A DNA stretch of 64,000 bases from Candidatus Oxydemutatoraceae bacterium (GCA_965219575.1 OZ244779.1:96001-160000), one strand, 5' to 3'. Positions 10,269 to 23,731 are shown, numbered from the stretch's first letter. Numbers and translations: made by a program. Notes: generated by a model not told the origin, from the letters alone.

Positions 10269-10477
10269 GGGGCTGTTGAAAAAATACCGTTTTGCACGAT
10301 TGTAACCGCTTGCGCCATTTGGTTTTGGTTTCCATAAATTGGATGAATGAATGTATAAATCATGCCGGCCAACGCGTTACGGGCGGACATGCCAGTCCGC
10401 CCCTACGGGTGGTTTGCGAATATTCACGGCGCACAGCGGTTAGATTTGTGCGATGTCCACACTTTTTCAACAGTCCC
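10269..10477. mobile_element. MITE family A copy
   Basis: TIRs GGGGCTGTTGAAAAA...TTTTTCAACAGTCCC; one REP hairpin. Confidence 0.85.
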
Positions 10478-10541
10478 GGCGGTTGTGAACACTCTATTGA
10501 GAGGTTTTACAACACCGAGTGGTCGGGGTTGTACGGGGTGA

Positions 10542-11348
10542 TTACAATGCCATCATCAAATCCATCACTTGCTTGTGTTGCCATACATCGTGCACCCTAA
10601 AAATTTTGACACCGGCTTGTAATCCGAGCACCGTCGTCGCACAACTTGCCGGCACGCGCTGTTGTGGCTCGGCTACACGGCACACTTCCCCCATAAAACG
10701 TTTGCGGCTGGTGCCTAGCAACACGGCGTAGCCTAGTGCGGTTATTTTGTTCAGATGCTTTAGAAGCTCAAGGTTATGTTCGGTGTTTTTCCCGAAACCG
10801 ATGCCCGGATCTAGAATGATCGCATCCTCGCTCAACCCGTAATTCTTTGCCACTTCGGCACGGGCAACCAAAAAGTCGCATACCTCACCGACCACACCGT
10901 CGTACTGCGGTTGTTCGTTCATAGTTCCCGGTTCGCCCTGCATGTGCATCAGGCAAATCGGTACTTGTCGGTCTGCCGATAGTTCCAGCATTGCCGGATC
11001 GTCTCGCCCTGCCGAAACATCGTTGAGCATTGCGACACCATAATCTAAAGCAGCTTCGGCAACCTCGGATAAAGTGGTATCTATGCTCATTATCGTATCG
11101 GGATAACATTCTGATATTGCCGCGATGATATCCACCACGCGCGCCTTCTGCTCTGCGGCACCGACCCGTTGCGCACCGGGGCGCGTCGATTCACCCCCTA
11201 TGTCGATGATGTCGGCACCTTGCCCTATCATTGTCCCCACACCCTCGACAATCTGTTCAGGTTTGCCCCATTTGCCTCCGTCCGAAAAGCTGTCGGGGGT
11301 GAGGTTCAGGATTGCCATCAATCGGGGCTTGCTTAAATCTAGTTTCAT
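10542..11348 (-). CDS. folP: Dihydropteroate synthase
   Basis: MAILNLTPDSFSDGG, DIGGESTRPGA, LDPGIGFGK, GTSRKRF, FRVHDV. The start may be as far upstream as 11402. Confidence 0.96.
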   Translation of the reverse strand: MKLDLSKPRLMAILNLTPDSFSDGGKWGKPEQIVEGVGTMIGQGADIIDIGGESTRPGAQRVGAAEQKARVVDIIAAISECYPDTIMSIDTTLSEVAEAALDYGVAMLNDVSAGRDDPAMLELSADRQVPICLMHMQGEPGTMNEQPQYDGVVGEVCDFLVARAEVAKNYGLSEDAIILDPGIGFGKNTEHNLELLKHLNKITALGYAVLLGTSRKRFMGEVCRVAEPQQRVPASCATTVLGLQAGVKIFRVHDVWQHKQVMDLMMAL

Positions 11349-11473
11349 TATTTCTTGCTCAATACGACTATTATATTCTTGATTGCACTTTTCCATATCC
11401 ACGATTTATTCTTTCTGGTGGAATGGGCAGTTGTGCTATAGTCAAGTCACTGGAGTAATTGAGGCAATATGGT

Positions 11474-11728
11474 ATGAATACAAACTTGAATACAGTGCAC
11501 CACCAGCAACAAGTGATCAAAAACAACAATAGTTTAGTTGATTTATTGGCGGTGCTAGTTATAGGAGGAATAGGAATGGCTATATCTTCCGGCGCAGGCG
11601 ATGATACGCTAGCCTACGCATTAGGTCTGATTATAATGATACTTGTCATCGTACGGCTTTCTTTTGACTGCTTGAGCGCATATCGTGATTATAAGGATCG
11701 CACCAAAAACAAAAATAAAGGTCAATAA
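11474..11728 (+). CDS. Small two-TM hypothetical protein (paralog of 50681-50935)
   Basis: Shares IKNxNSLVxxLAxLxIGGIxM and a basic tail RD...KNKxK with the 50681-50935 protein. Confidence 0.65.
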   Translation: MNTNLNTVHHQQQVIKNNNSLVDLLAVLVIGGIGMAISSGAGDDTLAYALGLIIMILVIVRLSFDCLSAYRDYKDRTKNKNKGQ

Positions 11729-11733
11729 ATTAA

Positions 11734-11901
11734 AGGGCTGTTGAAAATGTATCCATGAACCGTAGGGGCGGACTAGCATGTCCGCCCGTAACGCGTTGTG
11801 CCAGCACGATTTATACATTCATCCATCCAGTTTATGGAAACCAAAACCAAATGGCGCAAGCGGTTGAATTTGTGCGATGCCGACACTTTTTCAATAGACC
11901 C
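11734..11901. mobile_element. MITE family A copy (short, single REP)
   Basis: GGGCTGTTGAAAA...TTTTTCAATAGACCC; contains GTAGGGGCGGAC-TAGCAT-GTCCGCCC. Confidence 0.85.
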
Positions 11902-11915
11902 AAATTACAACTAAT

Positions 11916-12863
11916 TCAGAAAGCGTCGCGCCTATAAACACGAATACTATCGCCTATATCAAATGCCGTAAGGTCTTCACCGAACATCACCTCGCCTTTA
12001 TACCCCGCCTTTATCTCGGATAATACATCGGCGCGATCTTTGCCGAAAATAAGCGCATGAACTAAAACCGTTTGGCGAGGATTGCTTTGCTTCAATAAGC
12101 GGTTCAATTCCGAGGGTCTGGTGTGATACAAAATAACTTTGCGTAAGCGCGGGTTACGCTCTAATAAGGCATCGCTTGCATCGGCAATCTCGTGGATCAA
12201 TAAATCCGCACCTTCGGCGTGTTCGGCTATTTTTTCCGAGTAGCGGGTGTCGCCCGAAATCACCAAACGACGTCCTTTATAATCGATCCGATAACCGAAA
12301 GCGGGTTTGACGACACCGTGATCGACCAAAATCGCCTCGACGGTCAAGTCTTCCTCCGAATAAACAACGCCCTCGTCAATTTCACGAACATCGATGCGAA
12401 TGCCCGCTTCGGGCAAATCGGTATACTGCTTGCGTAGCGAGATATCGAAGGAATAAGCCTTTAGGATTTGCTGCACATGCTGTTCACTGCCGACGGGACC
12501 CCACAGCCGTATCGGATCGGCGCGTTGAAAAACCCAACCGGAAAGCATTAAATCAGGCAAACCGATAATGTGGTCGTAGTGCAGATGGGTGATGAATAGC
12601 TTATTAATGGTATTGTAGTCCAATCTCAACTGATAGATTCGCTGTGCAACGCCGCGCCCGGCATCGAACAATAACTTCTGCGCGCCGGCTTCGACCAGTA
12701 CCGCCGCACTGCCGCGTTCAATCTCCGGGCGCGGCGTGCCGGTGCCGAGCAAGCTAACCACCATCACATCGGCAGTCGCAACCGCAGTGCTCATAAATAA
12801 AAAAAGCGCGCAGTACCACGCTCTGATAACAGCACCAACCATTCTCAACGATAATCGCTTCAT
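11916..12863 (-). CDS. MBL-fold metallo-hydrolase (RNase Z/arylsulfatase-like), probably exported
   Basis: LLGTGTP, FDAGRG, THLHYDHIIG, ISGDT; N-terminal signal-like segment. Confidence 0.85.
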   Translation of the reverse strand: MKRLSLRMVGAVIRAWYCALFLFMSTAVATADVMVVSLLGTGTPRPEIERGSAAVLVEAGAQKLLFDAGRGVAQRIYQLRLDYNTINKLFITHLHYDHIIGLPDLMLSGWVFQRADPIRLWGPVGSEQHVQQILKAYSFDISLRKQYTDLPEAGIRIDVREIDEGVVYSEEDLTVEAILVDHGVVKPAFGYRIDYKGRRLVISGDTRYSEKIAEHAEGADLLIHEIADASDALLERNPRLRKVILYHTRPSELNRLLKQSNPRQTVLVHALIFGKDRADVLSEIKAGYKGEVMFGEDLTAFDIGDSIRVYRRDAF

Positions 12864-14654
12864 TTATTTTTCCACCTGTAGCACCGCTAAAAATGCCTCT
12901 TGCGGTACGTTGACTTTGCCGATTTGTTTCATACGCTTTTTGCCTGCTTTTTGTTTTTCCAACAACTTACGCTTGCGGGTAATATCTCCGCCGTAACATT
13001 TTGCCGTAACATTCTTGCGCAATGCTTTGGTCGTCGCTCGTGCAATAACGCGAGAACCTATGGCAGCTTGTATCGCAACATCAAACATTTGCCGAGGAAT
13101 TAGGGTTGCCATTTTTTCTACTAAAGTGCGCCCTAGCGTTTGTGCATGATTTCTATGCACTATCGCCGATAACGCGTCAACCCGATTGCCGTTGATCAGC
13201 ATATCCAACCGGATCAAGTCGGCAATCTTATAGCCGGCCAGATAGTAGTCAAAGGATGCATAACCTCTGGTGATAGATTTTAGACGATCAAAGAAATCGT
13301 AGACTATCTCGTTCAACGGCAATTCGTACTCTATCGCAGCTTGTAGACCGACATAATGTATCTTTTTTTGTACGCCTCGCTTTTCTATACATATTTTCAT
13401 CACATCGCCGATATGGTTTTGAGAAACCAGTATCGTTGCTAAAATCATAGGCTCTTCGATCCTTTCCACTTCGTTTGCAGGGGGCAGGGTGTCGGGGTTG
13501 TGCACCTCCACCACTTCGCCGTTTTTGAGTGTGACCCTATAGGTGACGGTCGGCGCAGTGGTGACCAAAGCCTTGCCGTATTCACGCTCTAAACGTTCTT
13601 GTATAACCTCCATGTGCAACATGCCGAGAAAACCGCAACGAAAGCCGAAGCCCAAAGCCTGAGAAGTCTCCGGCTCGTAGACCAACGCAGCATCGTTCAG
13701 GTTCAATTGATCCAAAGCGGCGCGTAAATCCGGATAATCTTCGGAATTGACCGGATAAATCCCGGCAAACACCCGCGGCGGTATTTTCTTGAACCCTGCC
13801 AGTGCTTGTGTTGCCGGGCTTTGTGCGTTAGTCCAGGTATCTCCGACACGGACTTCCTCTATGCGCTTGATGCCGGCGATCACAAACCCGACATCGCCGG
13901 TATACAAACACGAGTGCATCACGCGCTCGGGGGTATAAACCCCCACCGCTTCGACTTTGTGGGTGGTTTTATTCGCCATAGACAGTATTTTACTTCCGAC
14001 TTCCAGTTGACCGTCTACGACCCGCACCAACGCAATCACACCCAAATACTGATCAAACCAAGAGTCTATAATCAACGCTTTCAACGGTGCATCGACCACA
14101 CCTTGCGGCGGCGGAATTTTAGCGACGATATGCTCGAGCAGTGCTTGCACCCCTTCACCGGTTTTAGCACTGACCAAACAAAGCTCGCTTATGTCCAGCC
14201 CGATCAAATCGACGATTTCTTGCTCGACGCGCGCCACCTCGGCAACCGGACGATCAATTTTGTTCAGCACCGGCAGCACGACGAGGTTTTGTTCTACTGC
14301 GGTGTAGCAAACTGCGATGCTCTGCGCTTCGACGCCTTGTGTTGCATCGACGACCAACAGCGCACCCTCGCAAGCGGATAGCGAACGCGATACCTCGTAG
14401 CTGAAGTCCACATGCCCAGGCGTGTCTATAAAATTGAGCTTGTACTGCTCACCGTCGAGTGCGGTATAATTCAACGATACCGCCTGCGCCTTGATCGTGA
14501 TGCCGCGTTCTCGTTCTATATCCATTGTGTCGAGCACCTGTGATACCATCCGGCGACCGCTATATCCGCCGCATAATTCGATAAATCTGTCGGCGAGCGT
14601 TGATTTGCCGTGATCTATATGCGCGATAATTGAGAAATTTCGGGTTTTATTCAT
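12864..14654 (-). CDS. lepA: Elongation factor 4
   Basis: [52 protein letters not shown]. Confidence 0.98.
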   Translation of the reverse strand: MNKTRNFSIIAHIDHGKSTLADRFIELCGGYSGRRMVSQVLDTMDIERERGITIKAQAVSLNYTALDGEQYKLNFIDTPGHVDFSYEVSRSLSACEGALLVVDATQGVEAQSIAVCYTAVEQNLVVLPVLNKIDRPVAEVARVEQEIVDLIGLDISELCLVSAKTGEGVQALLEHIVAKIPPPQGVVDAPLKALIIDSWFDQYLGVIALVRVVDGQLEVGSKILSMANKTTHKVEAVGVYTPERVMHSCLYTGDVGFVIAGIKRIEEVRVGDTWTNAQSPATQALAGFKKIPPRVFAGIYPVNSEDYPDLRAALDQLNLNDAALVYEPETSQALGFGFRCGFLGMLHMEVIQERLEREYGKALVTTAPTVTYRVTLKNGEVVEVHNPDTLPPANEVERIEEPMILATILVSQNHIGDVMKICIEKRGVQKKIHYVGLQAAIEYELPLNEIVYDFFDRLKSITRGYASFDYYLAGYKIADLIRLDMLINGNRVDALSAIVHRNHAQTLGRTLVEKMATLIPRQMFDVAIQAAIGSRVIARATTKALRKNVTAKCYGGDITRKRKLLEKQKAGKKRMKQIGKVNVPQEAFLAVLQVEK

Positions 14655-14726
14655 AATGACATAAATTATAGATGAGCGACGATTGTATAACACTATTTTT
14701 TGAAAATCACATGTAGAGACAGAATA

Positions 14727-17097
<2,371 letters not shown>

Positions 17098-17212
17098 TGT
17101 GTCGTATCTGTAAAATTTATACCCAAATTTCACATTTTTGTAATATCTAATTTGTCAACTGCTATATAATCAGGAATGCTTTATGTTGATATAACATTTG
17201 TGGAGAAATGAA

Positions 17213-17584
17213 ATGCAGAAAATAAGATACGGCATCTTAAATATTATTGCTATCGCGTGTGCCGTCGCGTTGTGGTTTCCGACAACGACAAGCTCGGAAG
17301 AGAAAAACCAAATGCATATGATTGAAGAAGGCAAAGCACTCACCCTCGATAGAAAAAAAGGTAACTGCGTCTCGTGCCATTACATTGTCGGTGCCGAATC
17401 CCCGGGCAACATCGGGCCGGCTTTAATAGCAATGAAAGCACGATACCCCAAAGCCGAATTACGACAGCGCATTTGGGATATCACCCAATCTGCGCCCGAG
17501 GCTGCGATGCCGCCGTTCGGCAAACATCAAATTTTGAGCGAAGAAGAAATAGATAAAATTACCGAATATATTTACACACTATAA
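17213..17584 (+). CDS. soxX: Sulfur oxidation c-type cytochrome SoxX
   Basis: KGNCVSCH, GNIGPAL, MPPFGKHQIL; first gene of the sox cluster. Confidence 0.93.
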   Translation: MQKIRYGILNIIAIACAVALWFPTTTSSEEKNQMHMIEEGKALTLDRKKGNCVSCHYIVGAESPGNIGPALIAMKARYPKAELRQRIWDITQSAPEAAMPPFGKHQILSEEEIDKITEYIYTL

Positions 17585-17624
17585 ACACCCCGAATCATTG
17601 CAAGCTATTGAAGGAGGATTAAAA

Positions 17625-18083
17625 ATGGATAAAGCAAGGAGAAAACTACTGATAGGAACCGGTGCCGGTCTGCTGCTCGCAAGTTGGTCGCCGCAATCCG
17701 TGTTTGCGACGCGCGCATCCGAAGAGGCGTTCGGTTCAAAATCACTGGACGAGAGCATCAAAGAACTCATCGGAGATGCCGATGTGATTGAAGACAACGA
17801 GCATATTCATATCAAGGCACCGACCATATCCGAGAACGGTGCCGTGGTGCCGATCTCGGTGGAAGTTGATATGGATAATGTTGATGCGATTAGTCTCTTG
17901 GTCGAAAAAAACCCTTTGCCGCTGACTTCTAGTTATAAGTTTCACAAGGCTTCCGCCCCGTATATCTCGACGCGAATCAAAATGATGGAAACTTCGGATG
18001 TGATTGCGTTGGTGACCGCGGACGGTAAGCACTACAAAGCAACCGAGCTTGTCAAAGTGACAATCGGCGGTTGCGGCGGTTAA
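17625..18083 (+). CDS. soxY: Thiosulfate carrier SoxY
   Basis: Tat-like RR leader; ENGAVVP; C-terminal VKVTIGGCGG. Confidence 0.97.
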   Translation: MDKARRKLLIGTGAGLLLASWSPQSVFATRASEEAFGSKSLDESIKELIGDADVIEDNEHIHIKAPTISENGAVVPISVEVDMDNVDAISLLVEKNPLPLTSSYKFHKASAPYISTRIKMMETSDVIALVTADGKHYKATELVKVTIGGCGG

Positions 18084-18099
18084 AACACGAGGCGTTAAG

Positions 18100-18411
18100 A
18101 TGTCCGATTCTATGAAAATTCGCACCAAAATAGAAGGTGATTATATAGAGGTCAAAGCCCTGATAAAACATCCTATGGAAACCGGTATTAGAAAAGACAA
18201 ACAAGGTAATGTGGTTCCGGCACATTATATCGAGGACTTGACCGCAGAGGCCAACGGCAAAGTCGTATTCTCCGCCGAGTGGGGGACGGGAATTGCCGCA
18301 AACCCTTACATTTCTTTCAGATTCAAAGGTGCCGAAGCCGGTGACGAGCTGAAACTTAGCTGGAAAGACAACACCGGGGCTTCGGACTCTTTGACCGTTC
18401 CCATCAAATAA
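18100..18411 (+). CDS. soxZ: Thiosulfate carrier SoxZ
   Basis: LIKHPMETG, PAHYI, NPYISF, WKDNTG. Confidence 0.97.
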   Translation: MSDSMKIRTKIEGDYIEVKALIKHPMETGIRKDKQGNVVPAHYIEDLTAEANGKVVFSAEWGTGIAANPYISFRFKGAEAGDELKLSWKDNTGASDSLTVPIK

Positions 18412-18422
18412 ACGGAGGCATC

Positions 18423-19262
18423 ATGAAAAAAAGACATATTTTAATTACTCTAGCAACAGCAATCGCATTCGCCGTCGGTAGCTATGCGGTAGCCGACTAT
18501 CGGGCGGATATCGAGCATTATCAGGATTATCTGAAGGCTAAATTCCCGAACATCGATCCTGCCGAATTCGCAAACGGCTACTATGCGTTGAGCGAAGAGA
18601 TGCGTCAAAACTGGGAAGCGATAGAGGAGTTTCCACCGTATTCAATCTATGTGGATGCCGGCGAGGAAATGTGGAACACACCCTTTGCAAACGGCAAAGG
18701 TTATAAAGACTGTTTCCCCGACGGACCGGCGATAGGACACAAATATCCGCATTGGAATAAGGCACAAGGCATGGTGATGACTTTGCCTTTGGCAATCAAC
18801 CAGTGCCGCGAGCGTCACGGCGAAAGCCCGCTGGGTTACAAGAAAGGTCCGATTGCTTCATTGTGGGCTTATATCGCATATCAAAGCCGTGGACAGGTGA
18901 TAGATGTCGTCGTGCCGGAGGACGACCCTAAAGCATTGGAAGCGTATAACAAAGGCAAGGAATTTTATTTTGCACGACGCGGGCAGTTGAATTTCTCGTG
19001 TGCGCATTGCCACTTCAATAACGCCGGCATGAACTTGCGAACCGAGATTCTCAGCCCGGTGATGGGGCAAACAACCGGCTGGCCGGTATACAGATCAAAA
19101 TGGAACGACATCGGCACCCTACATCGTCGTTATTCCGGGTGCAACGAACAAGTGCGTGCCAAAGCCTTTACACCTCAGGGAGAGGAGTATCGTAATTTAG
19201 AATATTTCCATATGTCGCTGAGTAACGGTCTTCAACTCAACGGACCGTCGGCTAGGAAATAG
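18423..19262 (+). CDS. soxA: Sulfur oxidation c-type cytochrome SoxA (monoheme)
   Basis: RRGQLNFSCAHCH (the only CxxCH), WPVYRSKW, GCNEQVRA. Confidence 0.95.
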   Translation: MKKRHILITLATAIAFAVGSYAVADYRADIEHYQDYLKAKFPNIDPAEFANGYYALSEEMRQNWEAIEEFPPYSIYVDAGEEMWNTPFANGKGYKDCFPDGPAIGHKYPHWNKAQGMVMTLPLAINQCRERHGESPLGYKKGPIASLWAYIAYQSRGQVIDVVVPEDDPKALEAYNKGKEFYFARRGQLNFSCAHCHFNNAGMNLRTEILSPVMGQTTGWPVYRSKWNDIGTLHRRYSGCNEQVRAKAFTPQGEEYRNLEYFHMSLSNGLQLNGPSARK

Positions 19263-19272
19263 AGGCGGCGCA

Positions 19273-19590
19273 ATGCGCTATACCAAACCCATTAGCAGAT
19301 ATCTGATCGGATTACTCTTGCTAATGTTCGTCGCCGTCGGCAATGCCGAGACCGACTTCGAAAAATTGATCGACGAGGCGATTGCGGCGCAGAAAAAAGC
19401 GAATGAGGTCGGTGGCGAATGGCGAGATGTTCAGAAATTCATAGATGGTGCGAAAAAAGCCTATGCCGAGAACAACAAAGAGGAAGCGATGAAGTTGGCG
19501 CAGAAAGCCAAAATGCAGAGCGAGTTAGGCTATCGGCAAGCAGTCTCTCAGCAAGGCAAAATTCAAATACCGTCGTACCTGCAACGGTAG
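19273..19590 (+). CDS. soxK: SoxAX-binding protein SoxK
   Basis: Small exported protein between soxA and soxB with the A.EVGGEWRD motif. Confidence 0.8.
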   Translation: MRYTKPISRYLIGLLLLMFVAVGNAETDFEKLIDEAIAAQKKANEVGGEWRDVQKFIDGAKKAYAENNKEEAMKLAQKAKMQSELGYRQAVSQQGKIQIPSYLQR

Positions 19591-19620
19591 GCGCAAAGCC
19601 TCTTAAACTCGGCAGGTTTA

Positions 19621-21366
19621 ATGAACTTAACCCGTCGTCAATTCATCGCTTTAATGTCAAGTGCGGCAGCAGCCGGTCTGCTACCGCACGCAACTTTTGC
19701 TACCACCGAAGACTTTTACGACTTTCCTTTTTCCGGAAATCTCCGATTGTTGCATTTCACCGACTGCCACGCACAACTACTGCCGGTATATTTTCGTGAA
19801 CCGAACACCAATATCGGGATAGGCGATGCTTCGGGGCGCGTGCCGCATGTGGTCGGCAAAAATTTACTCAAACTCTACCCGGGATTGACCGAGCCTTATA
19901 TACACGCGTTGACCTATTTGGACTTCGTCGAAGATGCACAACGCTACGGAAAAGTGGGCGGGTTTGCGCACTTGGCAAGTTTGGTAAAACAACTGCGCGC
20001 CGAAGCCGGAGAAAATCGTACACTACTGCTCGACGGCGGCGACACATGGCAAGGCTCGGGTACCGCCTATTGGACGAGCGGCGAGGATATGGTCGGTGCG
20101 TGCAACCTGCTCGGTGTGGATGTGATGACCGGACACTGGGAGTTTACCTACGACGATAGCGAAGTCATGGAAATACTGAAAAAAGTCAACGGCGATTTCG
20201 TCGCACAAAATGTTCTTTTGACCGAAGAAGGACTGTTTGACGGCAAGCCTGCCTACGACGAAGCAAGCGGACATGTATTTCCGCCGTATGTGATGAAAAA
20301 CCTAAACGGCGTGCGCGTGGCAGTCATCGGACAGGCGTATCCTTATACGCCTATTTCCAACCCCAAGCGATTTATTCCCGATTGGACTTTCGGAATACGC
20401 GAGAGCGAGTTGCAAGAGACCGTTGCCGATATCCGCAACCGAGAAAAGCCGAATGTTGTCGTCCTACTATCGCATAACGGTGCCGATATTGATTTGAAAT
20501 TGGCATCGCGCGTCGAGGGCATCGATGTTATATGCGGCGGACACACACACGACGGCGTATTGAAGGCAATTGAAGTTTCTAATCGCAGCGGGCGGACTTT
20601 GGTTACCAACGGCGGTTCCAACGGCAAGTTCTTGGGAGTCATGGACTTAAGCGTCAAAAACAACAAAATTGCCGACTATCGCTATCGCCTGCTACCGGTG
20701 TTCTCCGACATGCTACCACCCGATCGAGAAATGCAAAACTATATAGCGCAGGTTCGCAAGCCTTACATAAATAAACTTGAGGAGAAAATCGCCGTCGCCG
20801 ATGATTTGCTGTACCGCCGCGGCAATTTCAACGGCACCTTCGACCAGTTGATCTGCGAAGCCCTAAACGAACGCTTGGATACGCAAATCGCATTATCACC
20901 GGGTTTTCGCTGGGGTACGACGGTTTTGCCGGGACAGGCTATTACTATGGAACACATATTAGACCAAACATGCATGACATACCCGGAGACTTATGCAACC
21001 GAGATGACCGGACAACAGCTGAAACTAATCTTTGAGGATGTATGCGATAATCTGTTTAACCCCGACCCGTATCTGCAACAAGGTGGGGACATGGTTCGTG
21101 TCACCGGCATGAATTATGTTTGCGACCCGACCGCAAGTATGGGCAAAAGGATTACCGATATGCGGCTTGACGACGGCAAAGCGATCGAACCCGATAAAAG
21201 TTATAAGGTTTCGGGATGGGCGACTGTCGGTTCAAAGTCGCCGGGAGAACCGGTGTGGGATGTGGTTGCCGATTACTTGCGTGATAAAAAAGTCGCGTCG
21301 GTGAAAAAGCTGAATACACCCAAACTGGTGAATATAGACCACAACTTAGGATGGAGTAAAATATGA
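19621..21366 (+). CDS. soxB: Thiosulfohydrolase SoxB
   Basis: Tat signal TRRQF; HFTDCHAQL, DGGDTWQGS, GHWEFTY, GGHTHD, YRRGNFNG, QQGGDMVR. Confidence 0.97.
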   Translation: MNLTRRQFIALMSSAAAAGLLPHATFATTEDFYDFPFSGNLRLLHFTDCHAQLLPVYFREPNTNIGIGDASGRVPHVVGKNLLKLYPGLTEPYIHALTYLDFVEDAQRYGKVGGFAHLASLVKQLRAEAGENRTLLLDGGDTWQGSGTAYWTSGEDMVGACNLLGVDVMTGHWEFTYDDSEVMEILKKVNGDFVAQNVLLTEEGLFDGKPAYDEASGHVFPPYVMKNLNGVRVAVIGQAYPYTPISNPKRFIPDWTFGIRESELQETVADIRNREKPNVVVLLSHNGADIDLKLASRVEGIDVICGGHTHDGVLKAIEVSNRSGRTLVTNGGSNGKFLGVMDLSVKNNKIADYRYRLLPVFSDMLPPDREMQNYIAQVRKPYINKLEEKIAVADDLLYRRGNFNGTFDQLICEALNERLDTQIALSPGFRWGTTVLPGQAITMEHILDQTCMTYPETYATEMTGQQLKLIFEDVCDNLFNPDPYLQQGGDMVRVTGMNYVCDPTASMGKRITDMRLDDGKAIEPDKSYKVSGWATVGSKSPGEPVWDVVADYLRDKKVASVKKLNTPKLVNIDHNLGWSKI

Positions 21367-21899
21367 AAACAAACACAAAAGCTATAAAACACACTGCAAA
21401 GTGTATCGTCAAAACCGCTTTATTGCTTAGCTATATCGCCTTGTCGTTAACAACCCAAGTCGCGATCGCCGAGGACAAGCCGGTTTTCCTTGAAATTAGA
21501 CAACTGACTGCCGAGTCGGCAATGAAAATCGGCAACGCCGCATTGGAGGATTGCACCCGGCGCGGGTTCAAGGTCGGTGTGAGTATCACCTCGCGCGAAG
21601 GTCAACTACTTTTTTTCATCCGCCATCCGCTGGCCGGACCCCATACTCCGATGATTAGTCACGCCAAAGCATATACCTCTTCGACGATGGGGGTTACAAC
21701 ATCCGCACTCACCGGAACCAACACGCAAAAGCTCAACTACTACGAGAACATTACCACCTTAGGCGGCGGTGTGCCGATTGTCGTTGCCGGTCATCAATAC
21801 GGTGGCATCGGTGTATCCGGTGCAACACCCGAAGCCGACGAAGAATGTGCCGAAGTCGGCATCAAAACCATCGAGGAAGATTTAGAGTTCAGTGAATAG
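21363..21899 (+). CDS. GlcG/HbpS family heme-binding protein, exported
   Basis: AGPHT...KAYTS...GGGVPI...GGIGVSGA...DEECA. Confidence 0.85.
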   Translation: MKTNTKAIKHTAKCIVKTALLLSYIALSLTTQVAIAEDKPVFLEIRQLTAESAMKIGNAALEDCTRRGFKVGVSITSREGQLLFFIRHPLAGPHTPMISHAKAYTSSTMGVTTSALTGTNTQKLNYYENITTLGGGVPIVVAGHQYGGIGVSGATPEADEECAEVGIKTIEEDLEFSE

Positions 21900-23037
21900 G
21901 CCGTCTTTTGATTACACGCCCTGCCGCAACTGCGCTTTGCAGGCAGTGCTATGGTTCAATAAAAATGTATTGATGCTGGCTTGCCTGACACTTCTCGCAG
22001 TATGCTCGGCGGCTATCGCCGACAGCGAGATCGGGTCGCCGGCGGTTGAACCGGACGGCGACGGCTCTATGAGCAATGTATACGCACAAGAAAGACCCGA
22101 CTGGTTCGGCATGTCTTTCTTGGATATCGCCGAGGATGTCGAAGAGGCGGCAGCCGAAGACAAACACTACGGACTCTATTTTTATCAGGATGGGTGCCCT
22201 TATTGTGAAAAGTTAATCAACGATAACTTCGGACAATACCGCATTAACGAATATGCAAAAGCGAACTTCAACATCGCGCCGATCAACATTTTCGGTGCCG
22301 TCGAAGTAACCGACCTCGACGGTATTCCGAGACCGGAAAGTGCTTTTTCCGAACACCGAAAAATTCAATTCACACCGACGATGATTTTTTTCTCACCGCT
22401 GGGAGAAGTCTTTCGCATGAACGGCTATTATCCACCGCATAAATTCCTCGCAATGCTGGAATATATAACCGACGAATACTACCTCGAAGACATAACTTTT
22501 ATAGACTTCCTGCAGACCAAAGAAGTCTCTCCGGCATCCGATGAGATGCACTACGCTTCGGAAATGTTGCGCCCTCCGCTCGATATGACCGAAAACACGC
22601 TAGGCGCAAACAAACCCGTCTTGGTTTTGTTCGAACAACCGCGCTGTTTGGCGTGCGACGAATTGCATCTTGATGTCCTGAAACGAGAAGCAAGCAACGA
22701 ACTATATCGACAATTTGAAACGGTAATGATTAATGTCTACGGCAAGGAAACCCTCGTGCCGCCGAACGGCGGTGGCGAAACCAGCGAAAAAGCATGGGCG
22801 CGTGAACTGGGCATCAAATACACACCGTCTTTGGTGTTCTATCAACGGCAAAGCGAAAGCCAACCATTAGCCGAAGTGTTTCGCGTCGAAGGCTATGTGA
22901 AAACCTTTCATGTGCAATCGGCAATGGAATATATACTATCGCAGGCTTATGCAAAACCTCAAGACTTCCAAGAATTCATCAGATTACGCGCCGAGTCAAT
23001 GAGACCCGAAGACGGCTATTTAGACATCATGCACTAG
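21892..23037 (+). CDS. SoxW-like tandem thioredoxin-fold protein
   Basis: PDWF..SFLDI, QDGCPYC and EQPRCLAC, FTPT/YTPS; ends the sox cluster. Confidence 0.8.
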   Translation: MNRPSFDYTPCRNCALQAVLWFNKNVLMLACLTLLAVCSAAIADSEIGSPAVEPDGDGSMSNVYAQERPDWFGMSFLDIAEDVEEAAAEDKHYGLYFYQDGCPYCEKLINDNFGQYRINEYAKANFNIAPINIFGAVEVTDLDGIPRPESAFSEHRKIQFTPTMIFFSPLGEVFRMNGYYPPHKFLAMLEYITDEYYLEDITFIDFLQTKEVSPASDEMHYASEMLRPPLDMTENTLGANKPVLVLFEQPRCLACDELHLDVLKREASNELYRQFETVMINVYGKETLVPPNGGGETSEKAWARELGIKYTPSLVFYQRQSESQPLAEVFRVEGYVKTFHVQSAMEYILSQAYAKPQDFQEFIRLRAESMRPEDGYLDIMH

Positions 23038-23063
23038 AGCCTCCCCCCAATTCACAAAAACCA

Positions 23064-23260
23064 CCGTAGGGGCGGACTTGTATGTCCGCCCTAAAGTGTC
23101 GTTCTGCACAGCCGTAATCGCTTGCGCAGTATGGTTTTGGTTTCCATAAATTAACTGGTGTACGATTTTATTTGTGCGGACGCAACGCGTTACAGTTCTG
23201 CATAACGTTACGCCGATTGAGCCGGTAGGTCAATCGACGGTTCTATTTTTCAACAGCCCC
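23064..23260. mobile_element. Partial, mosaic MITE family A copy containing a family C hairpin
   Basis: REP GTAGGGGGCGGAC..GTCCGCCC, reverse-complement core, hairpin C, right TIR TTTTTCAACAGCCCC followed by ATGT. Confidence 0.7.
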
Positions 23261-23264
23261 ATGT

Positions 23265-23552
23265 TTATGATGCCACCGCCAATACAACGCTTGCCAAGAA
23301 TACACCTATAATCGAGGTCATCGCAACGATGCTTCCGATGAATAATGCAACACCCCATTTTGTGATGTCTGCTCTTAGTTCCGATTGGGCTGCTTTTACT
23401 TCTGCTATCTCGGATTTAACTTCAGCCTTAAACTCCGTTATCTCAGACTTAACTTCAGCCTTAAACTCCGCTATTTCAGACTTAAACTCTGTGCGCATGT
23501 TAACTATCATTTCGTATAGTTTTTCGTTGGTTATGTTCATATCTTTCTCCAT
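23265..23552 (-). CDS. Small coiled-coil, C-terminally membrane-anchored protein (DUF1640/CCDC90-like), copy 1
   Basis: EFKAEVKSEI repeats, KW followed by a hydrophobic C-terminal helix; near-identical paralog at 24998-25231. Confidence 0.75.
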   Translation of the reverse strand: MEKDMNITNEKLYEMIVNMRTEFKSEIAEFKAEVKSEITEFKAEVKSEIAEVKAAQSELRADITKWGVALFIGSIVAMTSIIGVFLASVVLAVAS

Positions 23553-23731
23553 ATTGAAATTATAAATAAATACCTCGCTAAAGCAAGGCTTCGCTACGGA
23601 TACTAATAGCACAGCGGCATATTTCCGAGATTCGGCAACCCGACGAACGGTAGCAAATATCAGACAGACGGTGACCTTGGCCCATTTTTAGTGCCACATC
23701 CATAACGAATTTTCATCCTGCCGCCTCAAAT

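Noticed and set aside
10196-10390. N-terminal extension of the 825-aa ORF
   Set aside because: It begins inside a MITE; the signal peptide fits a start near 10195.
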